A stretch of DNA of 51,614 nucleotides, filler included, from Bipalium vagum (GCA_037834085.1; 3 parts of 3 records of this genome joined end to end with filler, not necessarily neighbours in it); one strand, 5' to 3'. Counted from the first letter of the whole stretch, positions 1-14,654 are shown. Numbers and translations are program-made. Notes: a model not told the origin generated them from the letters alone.

Positions 1-1599
1 GGACTTTAACTCATTAGGCTAAGCCTGTGATTAAAGATTTCTGTACTTTTCACAAATCTAAAACGTCATTGTAATTTAAAGGTGTAAACTAGAATTTATA
101 ATAAAGATTTTGTTATTGAAACTTGTTTTCTTCGTTATTCACATAGTGATCGTTTTGTTTTTATTGTGTCAGTAGTGTTCCTTACGTTCATCCGTAATTC
201 CTGCTGAGAGTCGTAATCTTGTTAAGGTACCTAATATCGTAACGCAGTTCTTGTTAAGCTATCTTGGTAAGGTAAACCTTAACAGTATCATTTGTATTTT
301 AAATTTTTATTCGTGTTTTATGTTCGTACTTTTTATAACTTTCAGTGACAGTTTAAAGAAATTTTAAATCTAAAAGTAAATTCAACATTCTAATAGGTAT
401 CCATAAAGTTATTGGTATATTAAAGTTATATATATATATATATATTTATATTTATAATATAATATAAGACTAGCTTAGAAATGAAGGTTTTTAAGACTAG
501 CCTCGATCTAAAATAACTATTTTATAATTTCGCATTTTCAATATTAATCAGGCGTGTCTTGTTAGACAAGACACAGTTTGTATTAAATAAGTAATTAAGT
601 ACCCAGGCCAATACCTGAGGATCATTTAATTTTTTGTCCCTATCTCTTATTATTTTTTTGTTTATTGTTCATATTTCACACGCTAAGTAGGGCGGTGAAA
701 TATTTTTTTTTATTCATTGAGGACCTCTGAGCCTAAGTGCGAGAGGATTTTTTATAAATAACAATTATAATTAATAAACTCATATTTATCAGTCAAGATC
801 GATCAGTCATTTGTAATTTTAAACTTTATTTTAAACCGAAATAAAAGTATTAAAGGAACAATCGTTTTCTTAGTTAATTTAAATAAATATAAACGAACAG
901 GCAAATAAGCAACCTTCAACCGTCTTAGGATCTTAACAATATTATTAAAACAATAATTTTGATTTTATATTGACTTTATTGACTTTTTAACTTTATGGAA
1001 AATTTTAAATTTAAGTTATTATTTTAACGGTCATTTTTTTTTACTTTATTGAATTTTGGAGGCCCTAATAATGAATAATGTGCTACGAATTTTATACATA
1101 TACCCTATAAATCTGTTAATTATCTATGTAAATAAATGATGTAATTTATTCGTTTCATAATTATAATAAATTTTCATTTTTGTACGATTCTGTATATCTC
1201 CAGTTTTCTGATAGGTTCGCCAAATTGATCAACTAAAATTAAGTGTTTAAAAATATTATTACTTTTTATATATTAATTTAATTTGAAAAAAATTTCATAT
1301 TCAAATTAAAAAACTTATCCTGTTTCAGATAAAATATTCAAATTTCAATTATGAAACAGGAGACATACTATATTGTTACCACAAAAAGTTATTTCAAAAC
1401 ATGAAAATGATGATTCAACAGAATCAATACAGATTATATTGTGATTTGGACGATCGACAGTTTATTATTTATATTTTACTATATTACTATATTTTAAAGT
1501 AAAAATCCATTTAGCTGATCAGTTGCAAATACAAATTCAAAAAAGCTGGATATCCTTTAATTTATGATGCCACATTTATTTTTTAGTAGTAGCAAATGG

Positions 1600-2437
1600 T
1601 TTGGCAAGAGATGACAAATATTGAAATTTTTTCATGCAAACAGAAAGAATTATATTTAGAAAATTTAGTTTTCATTCCACCGGGATTAAAATATGAAGAA
1701 ATTGAAAATTTGAATCCTGAATTTAATAAAAATTTAAAATTCTAAAGCTTCGAAATACTATTCTAATAGTGACATTTATAATGCAGATAAAACTGCCTTT
1801 TTTGGAAAATTCATTCCAATTCAACCCTTTCAGTTTTGATTAAATGGACCGAGAATTTTTAATATGGCATCTATAAGATGTACGTAGAAATTTAATCTGA
1901 AAGTCCAGACGACCTTGGTTTTATTAAAAAAAACTTTTACAATTTTTTGGCTCTATAAGCAGAAATATTTTTTCTAATCAAATCAATTCTAAGAGGATTT
2001 CAAAATAATAAAAGTTTATATTTTAAAACCTAATGCATTAAACATTTGGGAACCTCTTCATCAAAGAATAATATCTAAAGAGAAAATATCAATCCAATTT
2101 ACACATTAAATTTGTTCAGCAATACGGTTGTCGCCAAAAATTTGTTTTAAACTTAGCACACTACTTACATATAATTTACAGTGTTTAGTGTTCTTTTCGA
2201 TCTTCGTCAATTATTCTTATTTTTAAGAGCAATTCAGAAGAAAACCAACACTACTGAATAATTAATAATAATAATAATGTCTGAAAATGCACCAAACAAA
2301 AATATCTTTTTTACAAAATGTTTTTTTCTTTATTGTTCGTAATAATTGTGTGATCGTAATAATTATTAATCAATCAGGAATCCGGACTTCGTTATAAAAT
2401 TGCGCCAAAAAAATCTGGATTAATTAGGGTTAACTGT
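1600..2437 (+). mobile_element. pogo/Tigger-like transposon remnant
   Basis: SDIYNADKTAFF at ~1768-1803, KPNALNIWEPLHQRII (resembling PPNTTS.LQPLDQGII) at ~2026-2073, and a pogo-like end GGGTTAACTG-TA near 2437. Confidence 0.6.
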
Positions 2438-4339
2438 ACTATTTTAGCAATAGGTAAGATTTTTCAATAATAAGTGTTAAACGTCTTGAAAAGTTGTCCT
2501 CATCAAACAATAAAACCTTTGATAAAGATGAATTATTGGAAATTTGAATAGGTGGTGAAGATATTATATTAATCCAATTGTTATGGAAAATACACAAGAA
2601 GAAAAGAATGAAGAAAAAGAAATATTAAATTTTATTTTAAATTCGAAGATAAGAAATACACTATTTTCAAAACGTTATAAAAATCTGTCAAAATTGAAAA
2701 ACTGCCGATGCATTATCAAGAAATGTCACATGCAGCTTAAAATGGAATATAAAAATCAATTAGGTATATATCCAAATCACGATAATGCGCTGGAAAAAAT
2801 AGAGGATTTCGCGAAAGCAAATTATATACCATATTACAAAAAGAGTGGTATTCTTTACTCGAAAAAATGAGATTTTTCTCATTCAATCTTTTAAAATCAA
2901 TGAGAAAAACCCGGAAACTCTTTAATATTGTCTATTAATAAGTTTTATCAAAAAAAATTTTAACGCAATTCAAATTCTTTGTGGTAATAAAAAACTAATT
3001 GTGATTTTTTAGAAATGCAAATGCCGTTTGTTGCTCGATCAATAACATATCATTTCTTTTATTTGTGAGAAAAACTTTGTAATAAAAATAGATGTTATAA
3101 TTATTTATATTTTATTTTTTATATAAATAAAATTCTTAAATAAATTTTAATTGAAAAAGAAAATTAAAATTAACACTAAAAAAAAACTATGCCTATAATA
3201 GGATATATCTGTGAACGCTAATCACTATCCTTACTAATAGCACATTTCCTTAATTTTATTTTAATATTTTAGAAATAATACAGCAAATAAAATATTCAAT
3301 TTTCAAGATTTACATATTATAAATATTATAAATGATTATTATTAAAAAAATTAAATATTTTTGTAATTTGAACAGTAATATTAAAATAAATAAGCATTTA
3401 ACAAATTTTTTTTCTATAAAAATGACTGAAATAATTGAAAATTAAAAATATTAACGTGGGAAAATCAAATAAAATACTTTTAATGATAAACAATATTATT
3501 TTTAAAAAAAATTAATTAATGAAATTAAAGAGGAAATTTTAAAAAGCCTGAGAAGAGGTTGAGTTCTTTCATTACTTCCAATTCTTGGAGCAATTTTGCA
3601 GGTTTAGATGCACCTGGTGGAATTCTTAAGAATTCTCTAAATCTCGGGTTCTAGCTTAAAATCATATTGTAAACTATAATAATAAAATTATCAGATTAAT
3701 TTAAAAATATTTTGAGTATATGTACAATGAAATTTTTTAATTATGTTGCTTTTCAATATTATTTTAAATATTAATTTTATTTAACTTTTATATTTTTATA
3801 TATTTTAGATGGTTAACAATATAGAGAGAGAAAATGAAAGAAAGTTTCAACAATATTTTCAATTATATTCTACCTAATTATGCAAATGACAAAATATTAG
3901 AATATATATGTCAAAAACATCAAGAAAAATTCTATAATATTAATGAAAATATTGAAATAATTTCGCCTACACATATGACACGAGAGAATGAAAATGAATT
4001 CATTGGATTTAACCGAAACAGAAAACTATATTCTTTTTGAAGAAATGATTGTAAAAAATATGAAAAAGAAAAAAAAACTAGATGAAATTTTGCAGATTTT
4101 TAAATCAGAAAAAAAAGAAAAAATATATTTGAGAATTTTAAAAATTCTCAGATTTCAAGAATTTTTTTTTAACAATCAAGACATACTAGGAACAATTAAA
4201 AATTACATATAAAATGGAATTAAATTTTTGGTTTTTCAAGGAAAAGCTTTTAACATAATTAGAGCAAAAAGTAAAAGGAGCTATTTGGCCTTACATTAAA
4301 AAAAACAACATTTTTGTGGAGACTCCTATTTCAACCTAT

Positions 4340-5040
4340 TTTCAATCAGCCCAGAAAAAGAGAAATTACTAGTTTAATGAATAAACAGGAAAAAATTAAT
4401 TTACCAAGATCAAGAAATGTTTTGGGTTGGCTGTATCAACAAGGACAGGACAGGGGCATTTGAAGTTAACCAACATGAAATACACAGAAAGTTATCCCGA
4501 AATATTGCTGACAAAGAAACATGAGGAGCAAAGAACAAAAGTGATTAAAAAATGGATTTAGTCCAAGTATATTTTGGAGAATACTGTATTCACATACGAA
4601 AAGAGGTTTACACTTAATGTATCAGATTGTTGGATGACGTATGTTCCAAAAACATCCAAATATGTACGTCACTATCGACAATGTTAAAGAGGTGGAGTCA
4701 TGGTCTGGCTGGTAATCCTTCCTAACGGACTTCTGTCTTTCCATATTATAATTTGTAAATTTAAGTTTGTCGATCAAATTACGCTTTTGAAGAATTTTGT
4801 TGTGCCGGTAATGAGAGTTAATGTAAAGAATGATTTTTACTTTCAGCAAGACAATTGCACAAAGCAAAGGTTGTCCAAGATTGCCTGAAATCAAGTGACA
4901 TATCAACAATTAGGTGGCCGCCGTGCAGTTCAGACCTAAATATAGTTGAAGATGTCTAGAAAATGATTTCAGATATGGTTTATGAAGGAACTCCAGTTTT
5001 TTAACAGAGCTGACTTTGAAAAAAAAACCCTAAAATTTAC
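4340..5040 (+). mobile_element. Tc1-like transposase remnant
   Basis: VFTYEKRFTL, GGVMVW, FQQDN and WPPCSSDLNIVEDV, interrupted by stops and frameshifts. Confidence 0.75.
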
Positions 5041-5249
5041 CACTAAATAAAAAAAATTAATAAGACGCAAACCCCCTAAAATATACATTTTATTTATTTA
5101 AATAAAAATTTTACTTTTTTGTAACGTTTGATTAGTAAATATTTTTAAACATACTTTTATCATTACTTTTAACTTTGTTTTTAGGAATAGGAATAAATCA
5201 ATATCAATAAAGAAAAAAACAGAGATTGTTTGACATTTGAAATCATTCT

Positions 5250-5900
5250 CCAATGCAAAACATACAGAAGTCAGGGACGAAATCATTTATGTTTCATGGA
5301 GTTAGAATGAAGTAACACAAGAAACAATTGGAAACACTGTGTATACCACTGATAACATTGATGATTGTAAGCAACAGAAATTTTTTGTGTGGAAATTTCA
5401 GATTACGATCATTTAATCTATATGATTGAAGTGTCAGATTCCGTTTCACAACAATATATTCTGAACATGAAAATTTATGAAAATAAGCTTATTTTGGAAT
5501 GAATGAACGAATCCTCTTTAATTTCGGCAGAAAACATGAATCTTGTGACTAGACGAAAATTCACATATAGGAGATTCTGATTCTGAAATTGTATCCAGTT
5601 CTGATTAGGAACTTATTATTCCTTAGAAAACGTAAAAAATTCTTATTAAATCAACCAAATGCCCCTGACTATGGTGCACTGAAAGACATTGAGAAATTTA
5701 TATATATATAAAAATTAAAGTGTTTTATTACCAATTATTTTAATTAAATTTGATCCGTATAAGCCTTATTTCTATGTATTTTGAAGTTTCTTTTAATTAG
5801 AGAATTGTGTAATTTTATTATATTGTGTAATCTTTAATTTACCAGCCCCTCAAATTTACCGCATTTTTGGTCAGCCCAAAAAGTGGTAACTCAAAGGTAG
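5250..5900 (+). mobile_element. Possible 3' remnant of a pogo-like element
   Basis: Decayed coding-like stretch (SWS*NEVTQETIGN) followed by subterminal repeats AATTTACC...AATTTACC...GGTAA. Confidence 0.3.
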
Positions 5901-6599
5901 TATTTGGTTTCAAAAAAACTGGAGATTATTGACGTGTGACTTCTCCGTAATAGATTCGGAAGAATATTTTTTAACTGATACCAATAAAATTAAATAATTT
6001 GACAGTTCGATACACAGAACAGCTTATTATATCTTGGGAAATCATAAGAAACCTTAAAAACTAAACATTTACCATTTTTAATGATGCGGGGAAAATTGTC
6101 ACAGCACTGAAAGGTCCCGAGCACAATTCTTGTAATAAGCAGGCATAAAATATCAACCTTTATGCATTGACACTAATGAACAGTACTTTTCCAATCGAAG
6201 AATGTTTATAATTGTAAGTCTAAAGCTTTTATAATTCACCACTTTTTCTCAAGTAGTAAAAGCTCTGACTTTTCAGTAATGAAAGTTTCTTTTACATTTC
6301 TCTCCAGCCTATCAGACCGGAAGCTCTCAGAAGTTATTAGCTTCGATATCCCAATCAGGGCAAAGAAATACTTTCCTGCATTCAATCAAGGAGAAAAAAA
6401 TTAATTTGAAAAACTTTAACGAAAAAATGAAAATTGCAGATTCCAGTTTTATACAAGTGGCTTTATTTCTTTTATTTAATAATTCTTATGTATTTACTAT
6501 TTTTAAGTTAAAAAATTAGAATACTTTTATTAAGATTACAATAATACTATTTTTACACGCGTATAATAATTGTTAATTTTTATACATGTAACCACCTTT

Positions 6600-7260
6600 G
6601 CGACAATTATTATGTTGTTTTTCTACACTTATACTGTTCTAGAAATCATTCAAGGAATTTCACCAGTCTATTTGGATGTTTGTTCGCATGTTTTGTCTTG
6701 AAGGTGAATCTCATCCCACAGTAACTCGATAGGACTAAAATCTTGCGATTGTGATGGCCATTTTAATATTTGAAGTATTCCATTTTCCTTTTTATTTAAA
6801 TAATTATAGCATACCTTAGAAGTGTGTTTATGGCCTTTGTCAAGTTGAAAAGTAAAACCGTGGCCAATTAGGTCATTCAGATTGGATTGTGATGATATTT
6901 CTTTCCTAATGGTGCCATCAATTTTCACTAACACTCCAACTCAGTCAGAGTCAAAACAACTACATACCATTACTGAACCACCACCATATTTCAATGTAGA
7001 TGAAATACAGTGGGGTCTATATTCGTTCATTAACGTTTCTTCGAACAAATTGTCAACGATGACTTCCAAAAATATTAAATTCTGGTTTAATCAGTCCATA
7101 GCACTGATTTCCACTTATTGACTGTCCAATCTTTATGCTTAATAGAAAATTTTAATCTTTTACTAAAATTTTCTCGTCGAAGGAGTGTTTTTGTTGCTTC
7201 TAGTATGATTTACCTGTTTCACTCAAAATAACTATTTGCACTCCTCATTCGATTGGTATT
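6600..7260 (-). mobile_element. Tc1 (DD34E) transposase remnant
   Basis: GGGSVMVCSCF, FTFQLDKGHKHTSK and WPSQSQDFSPIELLWDE. A Tc1-like TIR remnant (TA-CCCTACTGGTCAAAAG, minus strand) near 8158-8176 may be its 5' end. Confidence 0.8.
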
Positions 7261-9599
7261 TCTTTTGATTTAGTAGCAATTACAAGTATTTTGAAGAAAA
7301 AATAAAAGATCAATAAGATTTAAACTATAATAAATTACTTCACTTTAACATTACTTAAAAATAAAGACTTATTGTTATATTAATGCTGAAATATTTTATA
7401 TTTAAACTTTAATTCAAAATTAGATAATAAAACAAAAGCAATACATTAATAAAAAAATATTAAAAATTTTGGGATCCGTAGAAAGAGGTCCCACCACCAA
7501 TCAACTCAAATTCAAAGCCCGCAAAGGAGCCGGAACCGTTACAACCAGAACAAGAGCTTATGGAGAATGATTCTTCAAAGCTCATTATTGACAATTAATA
7601 AATATTTTGATTACATTTTGATTTTAAACATGTACATGAAAAAGCCTTGTTAGGATTTACGCATTTTTAACATCAGGGCTTCTTCGGTTATCAAAAAAAC
7701 CAAGACTTTAATTAATTAGTATTATAACTGTGATAAGAGTTGTATTTGTTTTACAAAATATAGTTTTGTAACAAAAAACGTGTCATTTTAGTTAATTTAA
7801 TTAGACAGTTCGTATCTTAGAACACCTATTTGTTTCACTCCATTTGACGTAGTTGGTGACCCCAGTTCTAACCTATATTAATAGTGTTAGCATTTTTATA
7901 TTTTCGGGATTAGATCTCGCAGTAAGCAACGAACCAAACCCTTACAAATATAGCATGTATAATTTGTAAAAATTTTAGCACAATGATGAATGCTACAAAA
8001 TATAGATTTTAAATCGAAATCTTAACAAAAAATATTTTAATTTATGCCTAAATAAAATAGAAACAATAAATATATATAAATATGAGTAAAATAATTTAAA
8101 TAGACAATATATATGACGTTAATCTTGATTTTTCATGTTTTAGTTAGGGGTTTCCATTCTTTTGACCAGTAGGGTATCTCCTCATCTCAGACAAAGAAAA
8201 AATTATTTAAAATCAAAACCCACAATCTGTGTAAAATTAATTAACTTAAATTGCTACTTAGTAAGAATAATAAAAGCCCATTTTTCCTAAAAGCGTTATT
8301 TAAATATTTTCCTTATTTCAGACAACTGAAAAATAAACATTAGTTGGTATTTTGGCAACAAAGAACTAAATTTAAAGTTCAAATTTATCGCTTACAAGGA
8401 AAACTTAATTAATTTGAACAGCGAACCAAATAAGAAAATATTTTTCACCTTATTATTAATATAATTCCATTTTTATTATTATTTACTAGTAATATTATAT
8501 TTTTGATTGATTTTGAATGTTATTAAAATAATAACAGTTATGTTCCGAATTTCAAATAAATAATTTTATCATGAATATATCATAATATGATTCAACAGAT
8601 GCAGAAATTATTTGATAAATCAAGATGAGTGAGTTCTCACTGCTTTTTTAAACATTATTTATTCATCACCAAAAAGAATTTAGAATTCAAAGTCTTTAAT
8701 TTCTGATTTGTATTCACAAGTGGTGCATTAAAATTTTCTTCTCAGAACTCTGATAACTTAACTTAGTGATTCATACCTTGTAATATACACTATATCTATT
8801 TTAATCTATATTGATTGCATTCAATTTGTAATAGATAAATTATACTGAAATACATAATTTTTTGGAAGCATTGATATAAATTTTAAAATTATTAAGTAAA
8901 TAAAATAATGGCAAAAAGATCCCAAGAACCGAAGAACTCAAAATAACTGTGAATTTCATTAAATTTTTTAAAAATGTGAAGACACCCAGGCTCGGGGAAC
9001 AATACTAACAATATTAAAGAAAAAGTTATGATCTATTTGTAAATAATATCTGAAATATCTTTATTTAATTTCATTTTACCTTATGGAAAAAAATAATTGT
9101 ATATTTTTCTTTATTTTTTCGATTTTTAATTCAAATTTATCTCTATTTTTAAAATAAAAATTTTGAAATTCTACCCTTAAATTTTACTTTCGTTCTTCTA
9201 TCACGACTAAAACATGAAGAATCCAAAAATTTCCTTAACTAACTTATGATTCATTAATTAAGTATGAAACTCGATAATAAATAGGCATAATATTTTTCAG
9301 TAAACTATTAAGGCATAACCATAATTGAAGATGGTGTTGATGAACCAGTGACACTATACTGATTAAAATCACTATGGATTTTAGTTCTGATATCAATGAA
9401 AAAATGGGGTTCGCCTTTTCAAAATAAGTAAGAATGCACTGTATATTAGTTTTCTTTTTTCAACGGGGTTGATATGAGGAAAAATTCTTATGAGGAATTT
9501 ACTTGTAATTAAAATTATCAAACATAACCTCTAAAAGAGTTAGATACAGTTTATCATTATATTTTACTAAATAAAGATTTTTTGATTTTTATTCGGTTT

Positions 9600-10620
9600 T
9601 ATTTGAATTTTATAATGGTGAATGATTATAATATTAGACATTGTATGCTTTTTCAATTCCAGTTAGAAAGAGAAGCAACAAAAGTTGCTAAGAATACCTG
9701 TATCACCCTTGATCAAGAGGCATTTGATCACAAAAAACGAAAGGTTATTTTTTCGTCACATGACCAATGATCGACGACGTGTTTTAATCAGTATGCACTT
9801 GAAATCAATTTTTTCAAAATCCTCAAATCACAGCATTAAATTTTTCCAAGAAAAACTATTTCCAATCAATTGAAATCAATTGAAATCAATCGGAAAGATT
9901 CAAAAATTTTGAAAATGAATTCCGCACAAATCATTCACAGAACCATAATTTACAATTCACTATTGTCAGGTCAAAACCATTTTGCTGCTTTTGAAGTAAA
10001 TTTTGACTGAAGATAAAACATGAATACTGTACCTTAATTTAAAGATATGACTTCAGTGATAAAATAAAGGTGACATACCAAAGCTCATGTCAAGCCCAGA
10101 TTTACATCGAAAAAAGTATTGCTGTGTACTTCGTGAAATTTCAAAGTAATTACCAATTTTGAACTTTATTATCCAACCAAACCATTAGAAGCCAAGAGTA
10201 TATTGTGCTCAATTGAAAAGGCTAAGTCAAGTTTTATTTTTAAAAATGAACCTACATTAGTAAATCGAAAGAATTTAATTCTTCAGTACGAAAACTCACA
10301 CCTTCATTGTGAAATATAACCTTAGAAAAAGAGAATTAGGATTGGAGGTTGTGTCTCAAGCCAGTTTTTCTCCTGATATTGATCCTTTCGATTAACATTT
10401 ATTTCGTTAAATACAAAATTTTCTAACAATAATGAAAAAAATGACCTTTTCTTATTAAAATCAGTAGAATTATACAAATAGATGAATTAAGATTCTACTT
10501 GAAAGATGGTTGAAAGTGATTGAAGACAACGAAAACTGTATTGTTGATTAATCACTGTTATTTGTAAATGCAAATAATTTTTTAATGTATTCAAAAACAG
10601 CATTATTACTAGACATGATA
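9600..10620 (+). mobile_element. Decayed mariner element
   Basis: N-terminus MVNDYNIRHCMLFQFQL, KPRFTSKKVLLC and FSPDIDPFD*HLFR*IQNFL, with many lesions. Confidence 0.75.
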
Positions 10621-10652
10621 TTTTTTTCAGTATCTTTTAAGTTTATTTTTAA

Positions 10653-10818
10653 TCATCAGTAGTAGGAAAATCGCTAAAATAAACCAACACCCAAACTTTA
10701 AAATATAAATAAAAAAACATCATTTTCATCTTATAACTATGGACAAAAATGATGTTTTTTATTTATATTTTAAATCTTGGATCTCGATTTATTTTAGCGA
10801 TTTCCCGACTATTTATGA
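10653..10818. repeat. Fold-back / MITE-like long inverted repeat
   Basis: Arms of ~75 bp: GGAAAATCGCTAAAATAAA...TTTAAAATATAAATAAAAAAACATCATTTT pairs with AAAATGATGTTTTTTATTTATATTTTAAA...TTTATTTTAGCGATTTTCC. Confidence 0.8.
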
Positions 10819-11569
10819 CATGCATGTGTATGTAAGTGTATAAATATTTTTAAAATAAATGTTAGTCTATTTAGACTATTTTTAATTAATTTAATAAATA
10901 TATTGATTTTAAGAGTGTCACACCATGGAACTATTTTCGAACATGCGTCCTACACTGCTTGCAGTTTAGTTGTAAATTATGATTTTACTACATCAACAAT
11001 AACATTTTTAATTTTACAAAATATATTAAAAACATTTTTTATCTTTATTTTCTATTTTAAATAAATGTTTGAATCACATTTTTTTATAATAAAAGTATTT
11101 CAAAATATAATAAGAGTAAACATCTAAATACAAACATACATTTTAAAAAAGTATTGAAAAAATAAAAGAATACCCAAATATTTTTATTAAAACAGCTGGC
11201 GAAATTCAATCAAAAATTACAATAAATTTTTGAATAAATTTAAAGCAAGGAAATACTCAGGAGAATTACATTTAAAATCTTTAAATCCTTTTAACAAAGC
11301 AAATGCGGTCGCAGATTTCTGTGGGGCAGGGTCGCATTATGATAAAGGATTAGAAAAATAGTTCATTAATTTTAATTTGAGTAAAACTTTAGCTGCAAAT
11401 ATCTTTGCCATTAAAACTCTGATTTTAATAAAAGAAACACCAATTAAATCAAAATTAAATTCTATATTTTAAATAACACATTTGGTCCTAAAATTTTCTA
11501 TAATTTACGTAAATTAAATTAAAATCAAGTTAGTGTAATTTGGAGAATAAAGTCCAAACTTAATACAAC

Positions 11570-12592
11570 GCACTTTATTAAATGACTTGTACCAGTATCT
11601 ATAAGTTGGTTATATTTAATTAAGTAATACAATCGAAGCTACATTAAATAACACTGACCCGGATGCCGGACATTTTGTCCAAGATCATTTTCTATGTTAT
11701 TATCGCACTTGATCCTTTTTTCGTCACAGGTAATAATACGTTTCAAAAATGGATCGATCATGTTTTCATTCAACAATGTTTGGCATATTGAAATTCTGTC
11801 TTTCAAATTCTTTTCAGTCAAATTATGCAGTATCAATACATTCAGTTTCGTTTTATATCCACATTTCTCCAAATGATTTAAAACTGTTTGATGATGAATC
11901 CCCAATTCTTGAGCTATTTCGTGGCTGATTATATTCCTATCTTCTTCAACCTTCCTAATTATTTTGTTGACATTTTCACAGATTGGTCGGCAAGAACGAA
12001 GTGCGTCTTTGACATCAAAATTTCCAGAACGAAATTTAGTGAACCATTCACGGTCTGTTCTATCCGAATCCACTCCATAAGCAGCATTAATCTTTTCCGT
12101 TACCTGTGTAGCATATTTACCTTACAAGAAATAAAATTTCATTATGTATCGCATTTCATCTTTATCTATATCCATTTCTAAAGATGAATAAAATTTTATT
12201 AATTAATCAAATTGCCTACTTTTTAAAGTTATTTGAATTCTAAGATTGTAATAAATTATAAAATGATATATTAAAACAAAATCAATTTCAATCAAACTAC
12301 ATAAAAAACATTGTCACCGTCTATTAAGAAAATCGGCTGAAACTTGTTAGACTACCCAACATTTAATATTTAATTTAGTAATACAATCGAGGCTATATTA
12401 AATGACATTGAACCAGATGCCGGAATTCCATCAGATGACGGAAATCCACCCCGTGTCCTCCGAGTGTCGGTTTAATAACGCGCATACAGTGCTTTTTGTT
12501 AAATGACTTATACCAGTATTTATAAGTTGGTCATATTTAATTATATTTAATTTAGTAATACAATCGAAGCTATATTAAATAACATTGAACCA
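11570..12592. repeat. ~178-bp tandem unit: partial copies at ~11570-11670, 12365-12544 and 12545-12592
   Basis: AGTAATACAATCGA[A/G]GCTA[C/T]ATTAAAT occurs three times. AAATGACTT.TACCAGTAT.TATAAGTTGGT occurs twice. Confidence 0.75.
11670..12360 (-). mobile_element. 5' half of a mariner element
   Basis: MRYIMKFYF, WFTKFRSGNFDVKD, HNLTEKNLKDRISIC and FLKRIITCDEK, with a mariner-type TIR TTGGGTAGTCTAACAAGTTT at ~12340-12359. Truncated before the catalytic C-terminal half. Confidence 0.85.
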
Positions 12593-14654
12593 TATATATT
12601 ATATCCCTATATATTATAAAACAATATCCCAAAGATAAACACTTGTTAAAGTTATCATCAGATTATTCAAAGAAAACTTTTGAAAATAGTTTGTCTTCCG
12701 AAGAAATGGATGTTGATGTAGGAAGAAACAGAACAGAATCTGAACAAGATGAAATTGAAACTGTTGATTTAGATTGTGGAGTAGCAAAATCAAAAAAGAA
12801 ATAAATAATCAAATTCAAAGAACAATGAAAAAAATCTTATTAGAAATGAAATTTATGATCAAGTTATTTCTCCTTTATCAATTTAAGAATGTATAATAGA
12901 ATTAAGAAAATTGGAGATAAATATTCAACATTATGGAACTAAAAATGAATACAAAAGTTACTTACTAATTTTAGTAGTTTAAATCGATTAAAAAATAAAA
13001 TTAAAAACTGCACCTAAACTGCAGAATTACCGAAACAGACAAAAAAGATGAAATACACCAGAAGCTGTGAAAACCTTTATTTTGATATTCAGAAATTGAT
13101 TTTTTAAGTAAAAATTATATATCAAATTAATTATAAATATATTAAATAAATTACCACAAAGAACATTTTTCGTTATCCATGATGTCTCAGTTATGATCTT
13201 AATATATTCAATACTACAAAAGGATCCGCGAAATGTAAAAAAATTATATAGATGCGGATCATATTTGCTGCTTTTTGTGTAATTTAAAATGGTCAAGTTT
13301 ACTAATGTTTTATTTTAATTTCTAATTTTTGGTACGAACACAAATTTGAAAAAATCATTGATTCGAAAACTGAGTTACGCTGTTAATTTTATTCTTAAAA
13401 ATCAAAAAATATAACATTTATTTATGGTTCTTTATTATACATTTTCGTGAACCAAAATTCAATTTATTAATATTAAACATATTTAAATATGAAGAGATTT
13501 AATCAAAAGTAGAACGAAAAAGCTCTCATCCTGCTGTATAATTTAGTAATCAATCTAAGGATGTAAACGCTTTTTGTTAATTCTCTATTTCTACCTTCAT
13601 TTACAGAAATAGATATTGAAAATATATTTTAAACTAATTATAATCACGAGTTATTTTGAAGAGTTGTATGAATCTTAATGCCATATTGCAAAGTAGTTTG
13701 CTTCTGTTTATTTAGACGAAATTTGTGTGTTATATAATTATGCAAATAAACTAATTTTAATTATTGAAGTATACCTTTAAAAAATGATATTGAATAAAAC
13801 AAATTTTACCTTATTGTTGAGTATCTGAGTTGAACAAGAAAATAATATAGCAGATGATTTGATTTGAATGTCAATTTTTTTTAAATTCATAATTCATAAC
13901 AAAATTTCAAATTTCCAGAAATATAGATATGATAAATATCCTCAATTAAAATACTTCCAAAATTATAAATTTCAACTAATTATAACATTCATATTTTTTG
14001 GACCGTTTTAATTTAATAATTAGAAGAAAAATTGTAAATAAATTCTTATGACAATTATTCACAAATAAAGTGCCATGTTCATAATTATGTTTAATGGTTA
14101 AAACAAAACAAAACAAAACATTGAACTATGTGGATTGAAAATGAATTAATTTTAAATATTAAAATTGAAAATGAATTAATTTTATAATAATTTATTTAAT
14201 ACAAGTTTTGACAATTTTTATCAGGTTCGATTGTGAATCTGCATGGATTTAGACTCATGCTGCTGGTCATCAGCGTCATTCGAATTAACTTTTTATAATC
14301 TCGTATCAGCTTTCATTGCAAACAGCACTTGCCCGTTGAGCATATGACATCTTCAACTTTTTGCTCCATTGATCCATTTCCAGTGAGTCATTCATCTAAT
14401 TATTAATGCACGGCTAAAACCCTCTATTTTGGTCATAATGAAAATGATAATAATAATTAAATGTTTTATTTTATATTAGCAACTTATTTATATAGTTTAA
14501 AATAATAGTTATTTAATTGTGATTATCTATATATGTTACACTATTATATTATACTATGAACACTGTCGTAACACTTAGCTTGCAAAGTTGACTAGCCCCT
14601 TCACTTTTGTCAATACGTGTACGCAAATGAATGAATCAAAAAAGCTACGAAATA

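Noticed and set aside
2583-4212. Lys/Glu/Asn-rich ORFs (95, 68 and 74 aa) as host genes
   Set aside because: They show no recognisable domain and have broken frames. They are possibly old transposon debris and cannot be assigned.
11300-11340. Short GC-rich hairpin as a small RNA
   Set aside because: It is too short and imperfect, and is more likely a transposon terminus remnant or chance.
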